The notes: generated by a model not told the origin, from the sequence alone. Shown: positions 10,243-22,468, counted from the first letter of the stretch. The stretch: 64,000 nucleotides of DNA from an uncultured delta proteobacterium (GCA_963806225.1 CAWDXG010000001.1:1376001-1440000); one strand, 5' to 3'. Made by a program: numbers and translations.

Positions 10243-12360
10243 CTATCCGCCCGGCGAGAACTTCAACGGGTAGGACACGGTGACAATCCCCCCTTCGGGC
10301 TCGGGAAACGACAGAGCCTGGAACGCCCGCACGACGCAGCTCACGACGGTCTTGTCCGGTAGGTCGCTGCCAGCGTCCTCTGCTCTGGATACCGCTCCGT
10401 CGCGCCCGATGACGAATCGCACGGAGACACGGCCTTCGAGCTTGGGGTTCTTCTTGAGCCCGTTGTCGTAGCAGAGCCGGAACTTTCCGGAGTTCTTGCG
10501 AACGATGCGCTGGATGACCTCCGGAGGCATACGTCCCGCCTTCGAGCTGGACGGTCCATCGGGTTGGTGCTTCGCGCTCCCGATCCCGTCGAGTCCCAGC
10601 CCGCCGCTACCGAACGTTTCAAATCCCAGCGCCGACGACGGAGGCCGGGATGCGAGCGCGTCTTCCTTCGTCAGTGCCACTTCGAGGGTCAGCTGCTGGA
10701 GCTGGAGGCTCGAGGCGAGGCGCAGGACATCGCCGAAGCGAACGTCCGGATCGGCGGTCACGCCGAGTGCGTCGAGATGCTTGTCACGGATCAGACGCAT
10801 GCGGTCGGAGAGGCTCCCTTTCAAGGTCTCGCGCTTGTCGCCGAACCGGGCCTCCCACGTGTCGCGTCCGAGATGAACGTGATTGGCTGCGCCTTCGCCG
10901 GTGCGGTTGTCCACCACCATGCTGATGCCCCCAAGCGGCTGGCTCAGCGCCCCCCATGGCTCCGGAAGCGCCGTCGGTCCCTCCGTGCGTGCTGGAAAGA
11001 CAAGGCTCTTCCCCTCGAGCCTCTGCAAGGACCCTGTCCCGGCCAGCACGCAGGCAACACGTGACCACGGTACCGACGCATCGACGGTGATCGCGCCCCG
11101 GCCGCCTTCCGCGGTCATCCACTGGTCGTACGCGGCCTTGCACGCGCTCCCGGTGAGGTCGGTCGTCGGCGTGACACGACTGCCATCCAGCTGCACTTTG
11201 CTGCGCCCGAAGACGAGACCGAGCGAGCGCACCCGCTCGGGGGCGTTCGGCACGACGGCGAGCTTGACGTCATCCGGAAGCAGCTTGGCGTTCATCTTGA
11301 CCAGGGCATCCGTGCGGGAACCACGCGGGACCATGAACATCAAGAGCACCACGCTGCCCACGAGCGTGGGAGCCAGCACGCCCGCCAAGGCGCTCCGGAC
11401 GGCTCCGCCCAGGTGACGGAAGGACGCTGCTGCGGCGGCGATGCCGACGAGCACGATCGGCACCAGGAAGAGCAGGTGCGAGGTGAACGCCGCCTGGGTG
11501 TCGATCAGGCCTTCGGCCATGATGCGCGCTCGCTGGGAGGGGTCGATGCTCGCTCCACCGATGGCGTCCAGGGCAGTCCGGAATCCGCCTCCATGCACGA
11601 CCGTGCTCGCGACAAGCACGCCGAACGTTCCGTACGCACACGCGATGAACAGGTCGCCGAGCGCTCTTGCCTTTGCCTGGTCATCGGCTTGCCTGTCGGA
11701 CAGAGCGACACCAGCGAGGATCGCGCCCGCGACCGTAGCGAGCGCCGGAAACCAACCGAACCCGAAGCTCGAGTGGTGGAAACCGGGCCACACGAGCGCC
11801 AGCGCACCGACCACACCGAGCCCCAGGACGCCAGCGACCAGGGCAGCGATGGCGCTGCTTCCCAGCCCGCCTTTGTCCACACGCGACAGGGCCCTCGCTC
11901 CGGACACGAACGCGGCGGAAGCGAACAACGTCAAGACGGCGACTCCGCCGAGGATGCCCAGGACCGTGACCTCCGAGGTGCCCACCGCGATGATTCGCGC
12001 CTTCATGACGGGTGCGACGGACGCACCTCCTACGGCGCCCATGACCTTCGACATGCCGAGCATCTCGAACCCGGCGCCCGCAAGCGCCACGAACAACGGC
12101 ATGACCGCGAGTGGCCAGGACCATGCCGTCTGTCGCAGGGTCATCCAGACGGAAAGTCCGATGCTCACCAGCACGGCCACGATCATCACGAAAAAGATGA
12201 CCCATACACCCCAGCCGCCCTCCATCAGGAAGGACCACACGCGTGCAGCCCCACCCGGGGCGGCAATGACGAACGCGAGCGGGAAGACGAACAACGACAT
12301 TGCGGCGCCGAGCGCACCGAGAACGATCGGCGTGACTTTGGACCTCGCCCCTGTACCCAT
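10243..12360 (-). CDS. Multi-TM protein with ExbB/AglR-like and ExbD-like segments and a C-terminal AgmX/PglI (TonB-C-like) domain
   Basis: C-terminal IQRIVRKNSGKFRLCY...LEGRVSVRFVIGRDG...CVVRAFQALSFPEPEGGIVTVSYPLKF; internal DPSQRARIMAEG. Confidence 0.8.
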   Translation of the reverse strand: MGTGARSKVTPIVLGALGAAMSLFVFPLAFVIAAPGGAARVWSFLMEGGWGVWVIFFVMIVAVLVSIGLSVWMTLRQTAWSWPLAVMPLFVALAGAGFEMLGMSKVMGAVGGASVAPVMKARIIAVGTSEVTVLGILGGVAVLTLFASAAFVSGARALSRVDKGGLGSSAIAALVAGVLGLGVVGALALVWPGFHHSSFGFGWFPALATVAGAILAGVALSDRQADDQAKARALGDLFIACAYGTFGVLVASTVVHGGGFRTALDAIGGASIDPSQRARIMAEGLIDTQAAFTSHLLFLVPIVLVGIAAAAASFRHLGGAVRSALAGVLAPTLVGSVVLLMFMVPRGSRTDALVKMNAKLLPDDVKLAVVPNAPERVRSLGLVFGRSKVQLDGSRVTPTTDLTGSACKAAYDQWMTAEGGRGAITVDASVPWSRVACVLAGTGSLQRLEGKSLVFPARTEGPTALPEPWGALSQPLGGISMVVDNRTGEGAANHVHLGRDTWEARFGDKRETLKGSLSDRMRLIRDKHLDALGVTADPDVRFGDVLRLASSLQLQQLTLEVALTKEDALASRPPSSALGFETFGSGGLGLDGIGSAKHQPDGPSSSKAGRMPPEVIQRIVRKNSGKFRLCYDNGLKKNPKLEGRVSVRFVIGRDGAVSRAEDAGSDLPDKTVVSCVVRAFQALSFPEPEGGIVTVSYPLKFSPGG

Positions 12361-12436
12361 GGTGGTACTCTAGCGGCGCCTCTCGCTCGAGCGCTGCGCT
12401 ATTTTGCGCTGCACGTGGAAGTTCGGTCGGCGTCCG

Positions 12437-13624
12437 CTAGGCGACCAGCCCGAGATCGCGGCCGATCTTGCTGAAGGCGCGGATGGCCTGGTCGACGTGC
12501 TCGGGCTCGTGCTGCGCGCTGAGCTGCACGCGGATGCGCGCCTGCCCCTTGGGCACCACCGGGTACGAGAAGCCGATCACGTAGATGCCCTCGTCGAGCA
12601 GTTTGGCGGCCATGTCCTGCGCCAGGCGCGCGTCGCCGATCATGATGGGCACTATTGGGTGGATGCCTTCCTTGATGTTGAAGCCCGCGGCCTTCATGCC
12701 CTCGCGGAACATGCGGGCGTTCTGCATCACGCGCTCGCGCAGCTCGCCGCTCTCGTCGAGCAGGTCGAGCACGGCGACGCTGGCGCCGGCGACGGCCGGG
12801 GCCAGCGTGTTCGAGAACAAGTACGGCCGCGAGCGCTGGCGGAGCAGCTCGACGATTTCCTTCCTGCCCGTGGTGAAGCCGCCGCTGGCGCCGCCGAGCG
12901 CCTTGCCCAGCGTGCTCGTCAGCACGTCGACGCGATCGAGCACGCCGAAGTGCTCGGGCGTGCCGCGCCCCGTAGGGCCGATGAAGCCGGTGGCGTGCGA
13001 GTCGTCCACCATCACCATCGCGCCGTGGCGATCGGCGAGATCGCAGATCTTGTCGAGCTGGGCGAGATAGCCGTCCATGCTGAACACGCCGTCCGTCGCG
13101 ATCATGCGCAGGCGCTTGCCCTCGGTCTTCTTCAGGATTTCTTCCAGCTCGGCCATGTCGCCGTTCGCGTAGCGGTGGCGTTCCGCCTTGCACAGCCGGA
13201 CGCCGTCGATGATCGAGGCGTGGTTGAGCGCGTCGCTGATGATCGCGTCGTCGGGGCCGAGCAGCGTCTCGAACAGGCCGCCGTTGGCGTCGAAGCACGA
13301 CGAGTAGAGAATGGCGTCGTCCGAGCCGAAGAACTTCGCGATGCGCGCTTCGAGGTTCTTGTGCAGGTCCTGCGTGCCGCAGATGAAGCGCACGCTGCTC
13401 AGCCCGAAGCCGTGCGTGTCGATCGCCTCCTTGGCCGCCGCGATGACGCGCGGGTGCGAGGAGAGACCCAGGTAGTTGTTGGCGCAGAAGTTCAGGACGC
13501 TCTTGCCGTCCGACTCGATGCGCGCGGCCTGCGGCGTGGTGATGATGCGCTCGCGTTTCTCGAGCCCCGCTTCGCGGATCGAATCGAGCTCGGCCTGGTA
13601 GATGGGCTTGGCTTTGTCGAACAT
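12437..13624 (-). CDS. kbl: Glycine C-acetyltransferase (2-amino-3-ketobutyrate CoA ligase)
   Basis: [45 protein letters not shown]. Confidence 0.97.
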   Translation of the reverse strand: MFDKAKPIYQAELDSIREAGLEKRERIITTPQAARIESDGKSVLNFCANNYLGLSSHPRVIAAAKEAIDTHGFGLSSVRFICGTQDLHKNLEARIAKFFGSDDAILYSSCFDANGGLFETLLGPDDAIISDALNHASIIDGVRLCKAERHRYANGDMAELEEILKKTEGKRLRMIATDGVFSMDGYLAQLDKICDLADRHGAMVMVDDSHATGFIGPTGRGTPEHFGVLDRVDVLTSTLGKALGGASGGFTTGRKEIVELLRQRSRPYLFSNTLAPAVAGASVAVLDLLDESGELRERVMQNARMFREGMKAAGFNIKEGIHPIVPIMIGDARLAQDMAAKLLDEGIYVIGFSYPVVPKGQARIRVQLSAQHEPEHVDQAIRAFSKIGRDLGLVA

Positions 13625-13633
13625 CCCTCTCTC

Positions 13634-14821
13634 CTAGAACTTGAAGACGACCTTCGGAAACGTCTGGATGCGCTCCTCGAAGCTGTCGGGCTTGTAGCTG
13701 TCGAAGTCGACGATGGGGCCGTCGCCCCGGTTGAGGATGACTTCCCAGATGAGATCGTGGATGTTGGGGTCGCGCGACTCGAGCAGGTGACGGGTGATGT
13801 GCCACGTCTCCCACACGCGGCGGCCGATCACGCTGTGCATGGCGATGCCGTCGACGATCACGCGGTCGAAGCTCTCGATGATGGCGTCGCCGCTCTTCAG
13901 TCCGAACAGGATCACGTCGCCGCCGCGGCGGACGATGTGGATGGCGTTGTTGACCGACGAGTTGAGCCCGCTCATCTCGAGCACCACGTCCACGCCTACG
14001 CCGTCGGTGAGCTTGCGCACCTCGGAGGCGAGATCCGGATCGTGCTCGTAGTTGTCGGGGGACTTCATGGCCGGCTCGAGCACCACGTCGGCGCCGAGCT
14101 TGCGCGCCATGGCCGCGTGGCTCTGGACCGGCTCGATGCCCACGATGTAGCTTGCGCCGAGCGCCCGCGCGATGGCCACGGCGAACAGACCGATCGTGCC
14201 GCAGCCGACGATAGCGACGCGCTTGCCGCGCAGGTTCACCTTGGTGCAGGCGTGCACCGCGTTGCCGAACGGCTCCTGGATGGCGGCGACTTCGGGGCGG
14301 ATCTTGTTGATGTTGGTGCGCCAGATCACCTTGGCCGGCAGCTTGACGTAGTCGCCGAAGGCGCCGTCGTAGCTGATGCCGATGATGAGGTCGTCGGCGC
14401 ACACGTGCGCGTCGCCCACGCGGCACTGGTAGCAGGCGCCGCAGTAGATGTGGCTCTCGGCTGCGACCAGGTCGCCCACCTCCAGGCCGAAGCTGCGCTT
14501 GGCGTCGCTGCCGACGGCCACGATCTCGCCGAATAGCTCGTGGCCGATGATGCGGCGCGGGCGCTCCTCGCGCATCTGCTTCGCTTCCTTGTCGAGCGAG
14601 CCCAGGATCATGTCCTTGAACGCGCGGCGGAACCAGATGCCGCGGTCCGAGCCGCAGAAGCCGACGAAGCGCGGCTTGATGAGCACCCGCGAGCGGTCGT
14701 GGTAGTCGGCCCGCTCGTCCAGCGTCGCCGCCGGGACCTCCTCCATGCGGAGGCCCTTGCTCTCTTCCCAGGGGTCGCGTGCTCGGTCGTAGACCAGCGC
14801 TCTCATCGTCGAGTCGGGCAT
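13634..14821 (-). CDS. tdh: Zn-dependent dehydrogenase, probable L-threonine 3-dehydrogenase
   Basis: CGSD, GHE, ESHIYCGACYQC...C, EPFGNAVH; in an operon with kbl. Confidence 0.85.
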   Translation of the reverse strand: MPDSTMRALVYDRARDPWEESKGLRMEEVPAATLDERADYHDRSRVLIKPRFVGFCGSDRGIWFRRAFKDMILGSLDKEAKQMREERPRRIIGHELFGEIVAVGSDAKRSFGLEVGDLVAAESHIYCGACYQCRVGDAHVCADDLIIGISYDGAFGDYVKLPAKVIWRTNINKIRPEVAAIQEPFGNAVHACTKVNLRGKRVAIVGCGTIGLFAVAIARALGASYIVGIEPVQSHAAMARKLGADVVLEPAMKSPDNYEHDPDLASEVRKLTDGVGVDVVLEMSGLNSSVNNAIHIVRRGGDVILFGLKSGDAIIESFDRVIVDGIAMHSVIGRRVWETWHITRHLLESRDPNIHDLIWEVILNRGDGPIVDFDSYKPDSFEERIQTFPKVVFKF

Positions 14822-14912
14822 GGCCCGACTCTTACGTCTGTCGAGCGCGCAGGTCGAGCGCGGGGCGCACGCCGCGCTGCGTCACCCAGCGCGGCGTGGA
14901 GCTGCCCTGCGG

Positions 14913-15605
14913 CTACTTCTTGGGTGCGACGGGCGCTCTGAGCTGGATGTGCGGCAGGCCCAGCCGCGGCGGCGTGCCCGTCTTGACGGCGGCCGATGCG
15001 GAAGCGGCGGCCTTGTCGGCGGCCTTCTTGGCGTCTTCGATGGCCTTCTGCGCCGAGGCATTCGCGGCGGCGGTGGCCTTGGCGCCCGCGTCGGCGGTCT
15101 TCGCGGCTTCGGCGGCCTTCTTGGCGGCTTCCTCGGCGGCCTTCTTGGCGGCTTCTTCCTGCTGCTTCTTCAGCTCGGCAGGATCGGCCTGCACGACCTG
15201 GACCGTGACCATGCGCCTCAGAATCCAGCCGGGTGACAGCTCGCCCACGCCGGACGGGTAGTCGACGAGCAACCAGTTGCCGTAGAGGGCCTTCTTGTTG
15301 ACGTAGGTGCCCTTGGCGAGGGTGGTCACGGAGTCGGTGGTCGCGTCCGCTTCCTTGTAGACCTTGGCGTTGGCGACCGTGACGCGGACGGTGCCCTTCG
15401 CTTCGGTCTCCTTGTCGCCGTAGCGCTTGACGGTGTCGGCCGGCGCGGGAGCCGCGGAAGCCGACGGCGTGGGTGCGGGCGCGGGCGCGGAGGCCGCGAC
15501 CGAGACAGCGGGCGGCGGTGCCTTCTTCTTCTTGCACGCCAGAAGAGCAGCCAGCACCAATGCCGCACTTGCGGCCGTCGTCAGCTTGTGGAGCTTGTGT
15601 CCCAT
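14913..15605 (-). CDS. SH3-like domain lipoprotein with Ala/Lys-rich coil
   Basis: Lipobox LLAC; AKVYKEAD...LAKGT...GNWLLV...GWI SH3b-like pattern; GGAGG ribosome-binding site. Confidence 0.75.
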   Translation of the reverse strand: MGHKLHKLTTAASAALVLAALLACKKKKAPPPAVSVAASAPAPAPTPSASAAPAPADTVKRYGDKETEAKGTVRVTVANAKVYKEADATTDSVTTLAKGTYVNKKALYGNWLLVDYPSGVGELSPGWILRRMVTVQVVQADPAELKKQQEEAAKKAAEEAAKKAAEAAKTADAGAKATAAANASAQKAIEDAKKAADKAAASASAAVKTGTPPRLGLPHIQLRAPVAPKK

Positions 15606-15696
15606 CGGTCCTCCTCGTCCTTGGCGCGGAACCCTACACCAGCTCCCCTACGCTTCACAGAGCCGAGCGATCCCTTTCGGCCGCGCGGCCGGTGCG

Positions 15697-17040
15697 TCAG
15701 TGCTTCGGCGCAGGCGGCGTCGTGTTCTTCGGGCGGTGCGCGAGGCAGCGGGCGATGCCGTCGACCAGGCGTTTGGGCGCGCCTTCGGGCAGGACGGGGC
15801 GGCCCATCACGTTGTGCAGCAGCCGGTGCCAGCCGAACTTGCCGTCGGGCGTGAAGCTCAGCCACACGAACATGGCGCGGCCCTTGATGCTGTTGAACGG
15901 CGCGCCGCCGCCGCGGCCGTTGTTCCAGGCGCGCGAGTCGCTGCTGTTGTTGCGGTTGTCGCCGAACACCCAGACCTCGTTCGGCCCCACGTGGTACGGC
16001 CCCTGGTGGCCGTCGTAGCGGTCGTTCTCGTACACCGTCAGGTACGAGTAGTCGCCCAGGAACTCCACGTCGAGCTCGCCCTTCTTCAGCTGGCCCTGGT
16101 CGCCCTCGTAGAACTCGTACGGCCCCACGTCGCAGCTCGGGACCTTCCAGCCGTTGATGATGGGATGGCCGGCGTCGGCCTCGAGCGTGTCGCCCGGTAG
16201 AGCGATGACCCGCTTGATGAAATCCTGGCGCGGATTGTCCGGGTTCGGGTCCGGATACACGAAAACGATCACGTCGCCGCGCTTGGGCGGCAGATTGCCG
16301 AATAGCCGCGTGTGCGTGAACGGGATCTCCGGTCCGTACAGGAACTTGTTGACGAAGATGTGGTCCTGGATCTGCAGCGTCGGAAGCATCGACCCGCTCG
16401 GGATCTTGAACGCTTCCACCACGAACGCGCGCAACAGCAGCGCGACCGCGACCGCGATGCCGATCGACTCGGCGTACTCCCTGAGCTCGCTCTTCTGCCA
16501 GCGCCCGAGGTGGCGCGCGACCAGGCGGTTTGCGTGATCGAAGGCGTCGCCGAACTGGTCCTCGTCGAACTTCTCGGTCTCCATCGTGTCGCGCAGGCCT
16601 TCGAGCGAGTCCTTGAGCTCGTCCCGGGACGCCGCAGGCACGCTGCGCTCCACGGCGCGGGAGTTCTTGTGCAGGATGCGCTCGGCCTCCTCCAGCAGGC
16701 CCGCCGCGGCCTCGTATTCCCGCCGGAGCTCGCGCGGCAGGTCCGTGCGGCCGCCGATGCCCGCCTGGGTCGCCAGCGGCAGATAGTGCCGCCAGTGGTA
16801 GAGGCCCATCTCGAACAGCGTGAACAGCACGATGCCCGCCGGCACCGGCTGGTCCTGCACGAGCCAGCGGATGCGGCCGAAGAAGGTGGAGGCGTCGGCG
16901 AGCTGGTCCGGCTCCAGCAGCCAGACCGCCGCAGCTGCCAGAACCAACGGCACCAGGACGAACCAGAGCGCCCAGAAGAGGTATCGGGGGAGGTTGGCGT
17001 TCTTCTGCACGAGGATCTGCCGCCGGAAAGCGGCGGCCAC
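15697..17040 (-). CDS. lepB: Signal peptidase I with long N-terminal extension
   Basis: AFKIPSGSMLPTL, RGDVIVF, DFIKRVIALPGD, GDNRNNSSDSRAW. Confidence 0.95.
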   Translation of the reverse strand: MAAAFRRQILVQKNANLPRYLFWALWFVLVPLVLAAAAVWLLEPDQLADASTFFGRIRWLVQDQPVPAGIVLFTLFEMGLYHWRHYLPLATQAGIGGRTDLPRELRREYEAAAGLLEEAERILHKNSRAVERSVPAASRDELKDSLEGLRDTMETEKFDEDQFGDAFDHANRLVARHLGRWQKSELREYAESIGIAVAVALLLRAFVVEAFKIPSGSMLPTLQIQDHIFVNKFLYGPEIPFTHTRLFGNLPPKRGDVIVFVYPDPNPDNPRQDFIKRVIALPGDTLEADAGHPIINGWKVPSCDVGPYEFYEGDQGQLKKGELDVEFLGDYSYLTVYENDRYDGHQGPYHVGPNEVWVFGDNRNNSSDSRAWNNGRGGGAPFNSIKGRAMFVWLSFTPDGKFGWHRLLHNVMGRPVLPEGAPKRLVDGIARCLAHRPKNTTPPAPKH

Positions 17041-17146
17041 TCTTACCCGGCGTGAAGCCCCTGGGCAACCTGCGTGAGACGCCGTTTATGCCCTCGCGCG
17101 GCTCTCCTGGCTCGATACGGTGGAATTTCCCCCCGGTGGCCGTCGC

Positions 17147-18226
17147 TCAGGGCGCGTCGCCGAGCTCGACCAGGTAGTCCACCTTCGCTGCCTGCTCGCC
17201 TCCCTGGATAGCGGGAGGTGAAGTGCGACCGGCCGCCGAGCTGTGGTCGATGACGAGGTAGTACATGCCCTTGGGCAGCGCGAGGTAGCGCTTCCAGACC
17301 TGTCCGGCGACCAGCGGCTCGTCCAGGAGCGGGCGCGCGCCGAGCGGCGATGCGCCGCCCTGTTTGACGTAGCGGTCGATCATCTGGTCGCCGACGCCCT
17401 TGGGCACCACGAAGACGTCGACCGCCGGCGCGCCGTCGAGCGTCATGGTGATGTACAGCGCCTGGCCGCTGTCGGGCACCTCGAAGCCGCCTACGTAGTC
17501 CTGCTGCCCGCCGTGCACCTCGGTGCGATCGTTGGCCAGCGTGACCTTGTCCGCGTTCTTGACCTGGAACGGCTTGAACGGCTTCTGTCCCTTGGGAATG
17601 ATGCCCAGGCCGAAATCGGTCTCGCCCTTGTCGTTCTCGCGGATCACCGTGAAGCCGCGCTGCAGTTGGCCCTGGACGATCTGTTTGCCCAGCCGATCCG
17701 GATCCAGCCCGGCGATGGCCATTCCGCCGCGGGCCAGCACCGACTCCACCATCAGCGTCTTGAACGAGGTGGCGTTCACCTTGCGCGGCCGGAAGTAGAT
17801 GTACATCGCGCCGTTGTCGGCCATCTGGAAGTCCGGCGCATACTCGATGAGGCCCGCGGCCGAGAAGCCGATACGCCCGCTCAGGTTGGTCCAGCCGTAG
17901 CCCTCGCCGGAGTACTGCACCACGAGCGACTGGCGCGAGGTGTTCTCCAGCACCTGCGAGCTGCAGCTCTTGGCGAAGAAACGGCCCAGTACGGGCTGGT
18001 CGTCGCTCAGCTTGAGCGGCGCGCCGCGGCGGGTCATCTCGAAGCAGAAGCGCCCCAGGCCGAACTTGAGGATGTCGAAGCGCAGCGACTTGTTGTGCGG
18101 GTTGTTGATCACACCGGGGCCGAGGACGGAGATCGCCCCGGCGCCCAGGGACTCCTTGCTCGGGCAGCCCGCGACGAGGAGCACGAGAGCGAGGATCGCG
18201 AACACGAACGGGAAACGGGCGCGCAT
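17147..18226 (-). CDS. Hypothetical lipoprotein
   Basis: Lipobox VAGC; strong codon bias. Confidence 0.8.
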   Translation of the reverse strand: MRARFPFVFAILALVLLVAGCPSKESLGAGAISVLGPGVINNPHNKSLRFDILKFGLGRFCFEMTRRGAPLKLSDDQPVLGRFFAKSCSSQVLENTSRQSLVVQYSGEGYGWTNLSGRIGFSAAGLIEYAPDFQMADNGAMYIYFRPRKVNATSFKTLMVESVLARGGMAIAGLDPDRLGKQIVQGQLQRGFTVIRENDKGETDFGLGIIPKGQKPFKPFQVKNADKVTLANDRTEVHGGQQDYVGGFEVPDSGQALYITMTLDGAPAVDVFVVPKGVGDQMIDRYVKQGGASPLGARPLLDEPLVAGQVWKRYLALPKGMYYLVIDHSSAAGRTSPPAIQGGEQAAKVDYLVELGDAP

Positions 18227-18311
18227 GCCGAGGGAGCATAGCCCGACGTCGCGCGCCGCTGTCGCCTCGAAGTTGACACTGGGCCGCTCAGGGCGTTGAG
18301 TTCCGGCCGAA

Positions 18312-19316
18312 ATGGCTCACGTCGCGGTGGTAGGTGCCGGGGCCTGGGGCACGGCTCTTGCCAGGCTCCTGGCCGAGCAGGGCGAGCGGGTCGAGCTATG
18401 GAGCTGGCAGTCTGATCACGCCGCCACGATGGAGCGCGCGCGGGAGAACGCCGAGTTCCTGCCGGGCTTCACGCTTCCCGATGGGGTGCATGTCACCAGC
18501 GACATCCTGTCGGCGCTGGGCGGCGCCGATCTGGTCGTGCTGGTCGTTCCGTCCCATGCCTTCCGCGAGACGCTGCTCGGGATGCGCGACTCGCTGCCCT
18601 CAGGGGCAGCGCTGGTGACCGCGACGAAGGGCATCGAGAACGACACGCTCATGCTCATGAGCGAGATCATCGTCGACGTGCTGGGCGACGCCGCGGCGGC
18701 GCGCACGATCTGCCTGTCGGGGCCGAGCTTCGCCAAGGAAGTCGCCGCGGGCATGCCCACCAACGTCGTCGTGGCGTCGGAGAACCACGCGCTAGCGGTG
18801 GACGTGCAGAAGCGCTTCGCGACGGAGCGCTTGCGCGTCTACTCGAGCGACGACCCGGTCGGCGTGGAAGTCGGCGGGGCGCTCAAGAACGTGATCGCAA
18901 TCGCTGCGGGGGCGTGCGACGGGCTCGGATTCGGCCACAACACACGCGCCGCGCTGATCACCCGCGGCCTGGTGGAGTTGACGCGGCTGGCGGTGGCCAA
19001 GGGCGCCGAGCCAAAGACACTGGCGGGGCTCGCCGGAATGGGCGATCTGGTGCTCACCTGCACCGGCGACCTGTCGCGCAATCGCACCGTCGGCTACCGC
19101 ATTGCCCAGGGCCAGCCGCTCAGCGAGGTGCTGGCGCGGCTCGGGCACGTCGCCGAGGGCGTGCGCACGGCCCAGAGCGCCTATTTCCTCGCCGAACGCC
19201 TCGGAGTCGAGCTCCCCATCTGCAACGAGGTGTATCGGGTACTCTACGAGCACAAGACGCCGCTCGCGGCCGTGCAGGACGTGCTCACACGTCCACTCAA
19301 GAAGGAATGGGAATGA
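18312..19316 (+). CDS. gpsA: NAD(P)H-dependent glycerol-3-phosphate dehydrogenase
   Basis: GAGAWGTALA, LSGPSFAKEV, GALKNVIAIA, GDLVLTCTGDLSRN. Confidence 0.97.
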   Translation: MAHVAVVGAGAWGTALARLLAEQGERVELWSWQSDHAATMERARENAEFLPGFTLPDGVHVTSDILSALGGADLVVLVVPSHAFRETLLGMRDSLPSGAALVTATKGIENDTLMLMSEIIVDVLGDAAAARTICLSGPSFAKEVAAGMPTNVVVASENHALAVDVQKRFATERLRVYSSDDPVGVEVGGALKNVIAIAAGACDGLGFGHNTRAALITRGLVELTRLAVAKGAEPKTLAGLAGMGDLVLTCTGDLSRNRTVGYRIAQGQPLSEVLARLGHVAEGVRTAQSAYFLAERLGVELPICNEVYRVLYEHKTPLAAVQDVLTRPLKKEWE

Positions 19317-20464
19317 AACGCCTGCTGGGGATCCTGTCCGGTGCTGCTGCTCTGCTGGTCGCGGTAGGTGCGTCGGCGCAGGCCCCGCCGCCGGGCTACG
19401 GTCAGCCCGCGCCCGGCTACGGCCAGCCCGCGCCCGGCTACGGCCAGCCCGCGCCCGGCTACGGCCAGCCCGCGCCCGGCTACGGCCAGCCCGCGCCCGG
19501 CTACGGCCAGCCCGCGCCCGGCTACGGCCAGCCCGCGCCCGGCTACGGCTACCAGCAGCCCTATCCGGCGCCGACCCGCTCCACGAAACGCACCAACCTC
19601 GAGATGGGTATGCTCTACGGCGTGTCGGCGGCCTACGGCGTCGGGCTCGGGATCTGGTTCGACGCGGAGGTCGGGATCAAGGATCCCGGCGTCGCGCTCA
19701 TCACGCCGGCCATCCTGGGCGTGGGCGCGCCGGTCGGCGCGTACTTCCTCGACGAGCCGGAGATGCCGCGCGGCATGCCGGCGTCGATCGCCGCGGGACT
19801 CGCCCTCGGCGCGGGCGAAGGCATCGGTATCGCCAGCTACCAGTTCGTCACAGCGGACAAGGCGCATGCGTGGGGTTTCCGCGGGCTGTCGCGCGCGACA
19901 GCGCTCGGCGCCACGCTCGGCGGCATCGGTGGCTACGCGCTCGGCTACTTCCAGGCGCCGGAACCACAGAGCAGCGTGCTGGTGTCGAGCAGCGCGATGT
20001 GGGGGACCGCCATCGGAGCGATGTTCGGCTACGGCGCGTCCGCCAAGGGGATCGGCTACGGCCTGGCCAACGACAGCGCGGGTCTCGGCGGGCTGATCGG
20101 CTACAACGTCGGCATGGTCGCAGCCGCGGCCGTGTCGCTGGTGTACGTGCCGGGCTGGAGCCAGCTTGGCTGGATGTGGGGTGGAGCCGGGATCGGCGCA
20201 GCCGTGTCGCTGCCGGTGTTCCTGTTCTATGCCGGCGACAGCACGCCGCCTGCCAAGCGCGGCCTCTTGTTCACCGCGACGGCGACCACACTCGGGCTCG
20301 CGGCGGGAGCGGTGTTCGCGTCCGGGGCGGCGGGCGATTACCAGGTCGGCCAGAGCCAGGGCGACGAGACCTCCGGCGCTCCGGTCTTCGCCCGGCTGAC
20401 GACGATCACGCCGATGGCGGTGCCCGGTGGCGCGGGCATCCAGCTCGGTGGCCTGCTTTATTGA
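19313..20464 (+). CDS. Secreted or membrane Gly-rich protein with PGYGQPA repeats
   Basis: ATGA overlap with gpsA; signal peptide; glycine-zipper-like hydrophobic helices. Confidence 0.8.
   Translation: MKRLLGILSGAAALLVAVGASAQAPPPGYGQPAPGYGQPAPGYGQPAPGYGQPAPGYGQPAPGYGQPAPGYGQPAPGYGYQQPYPAPTRSTKRTNLEMGMLYGVSAAYGVGLGIWFDAEVGIKDPGVALITPAILGVGAPVGAYFLDEPEMPRGMPASIAAGLALGAGEGIGIASYQFVTADKAHAWGFRGLSRATALGATLGGIGGYALGYFQAPEPQSSVLVSSSAMWGTAIGAMFGYGASAKGIGYGLANDSAGLGGLIGYNVGMVAAAAVSLVYVPGWSQLGWMWGGAGIGAAVSLPVFLFYAGDSTPPAKRGLLFTATATTLGLAAGAVFASGAAGDYQVGQSQGDETSGAPVFARLTTITPMAVPGGAGIQLGGLLY
19390..19550. repeat. 21-bp tandem repeat (about 7 copies) encoding PGYGQPA
   Basis: gcccggctacggccagcccgc units. 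Confidence 0.95.
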
Positions 20465-20530
20465 GCCGTTCCACCGCCCTGCCAACACTTGCTCCAGCGC
20501 CCGGCCGGTTCTGCTAGGCTTTTCGCACGC

Positions 20531-22387
<1,857 letters not shown>

Positions 22388-22468
22388 GTGAGCGACGGCG
22401 CCCGCGGTCCATGCTTGCCCGGGCTCCCGCCGCGGGCAGCGATTGGCCGCCTACGCAGCGGTTGCGTC

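Noticed and set aside
19390..19550. Tandem repeats here and at 2506..2620 as a possible CRISPR array
   Set aside because: There are no unique spacers, the units are codon multiples inside ORFs, and there are no cas genes.
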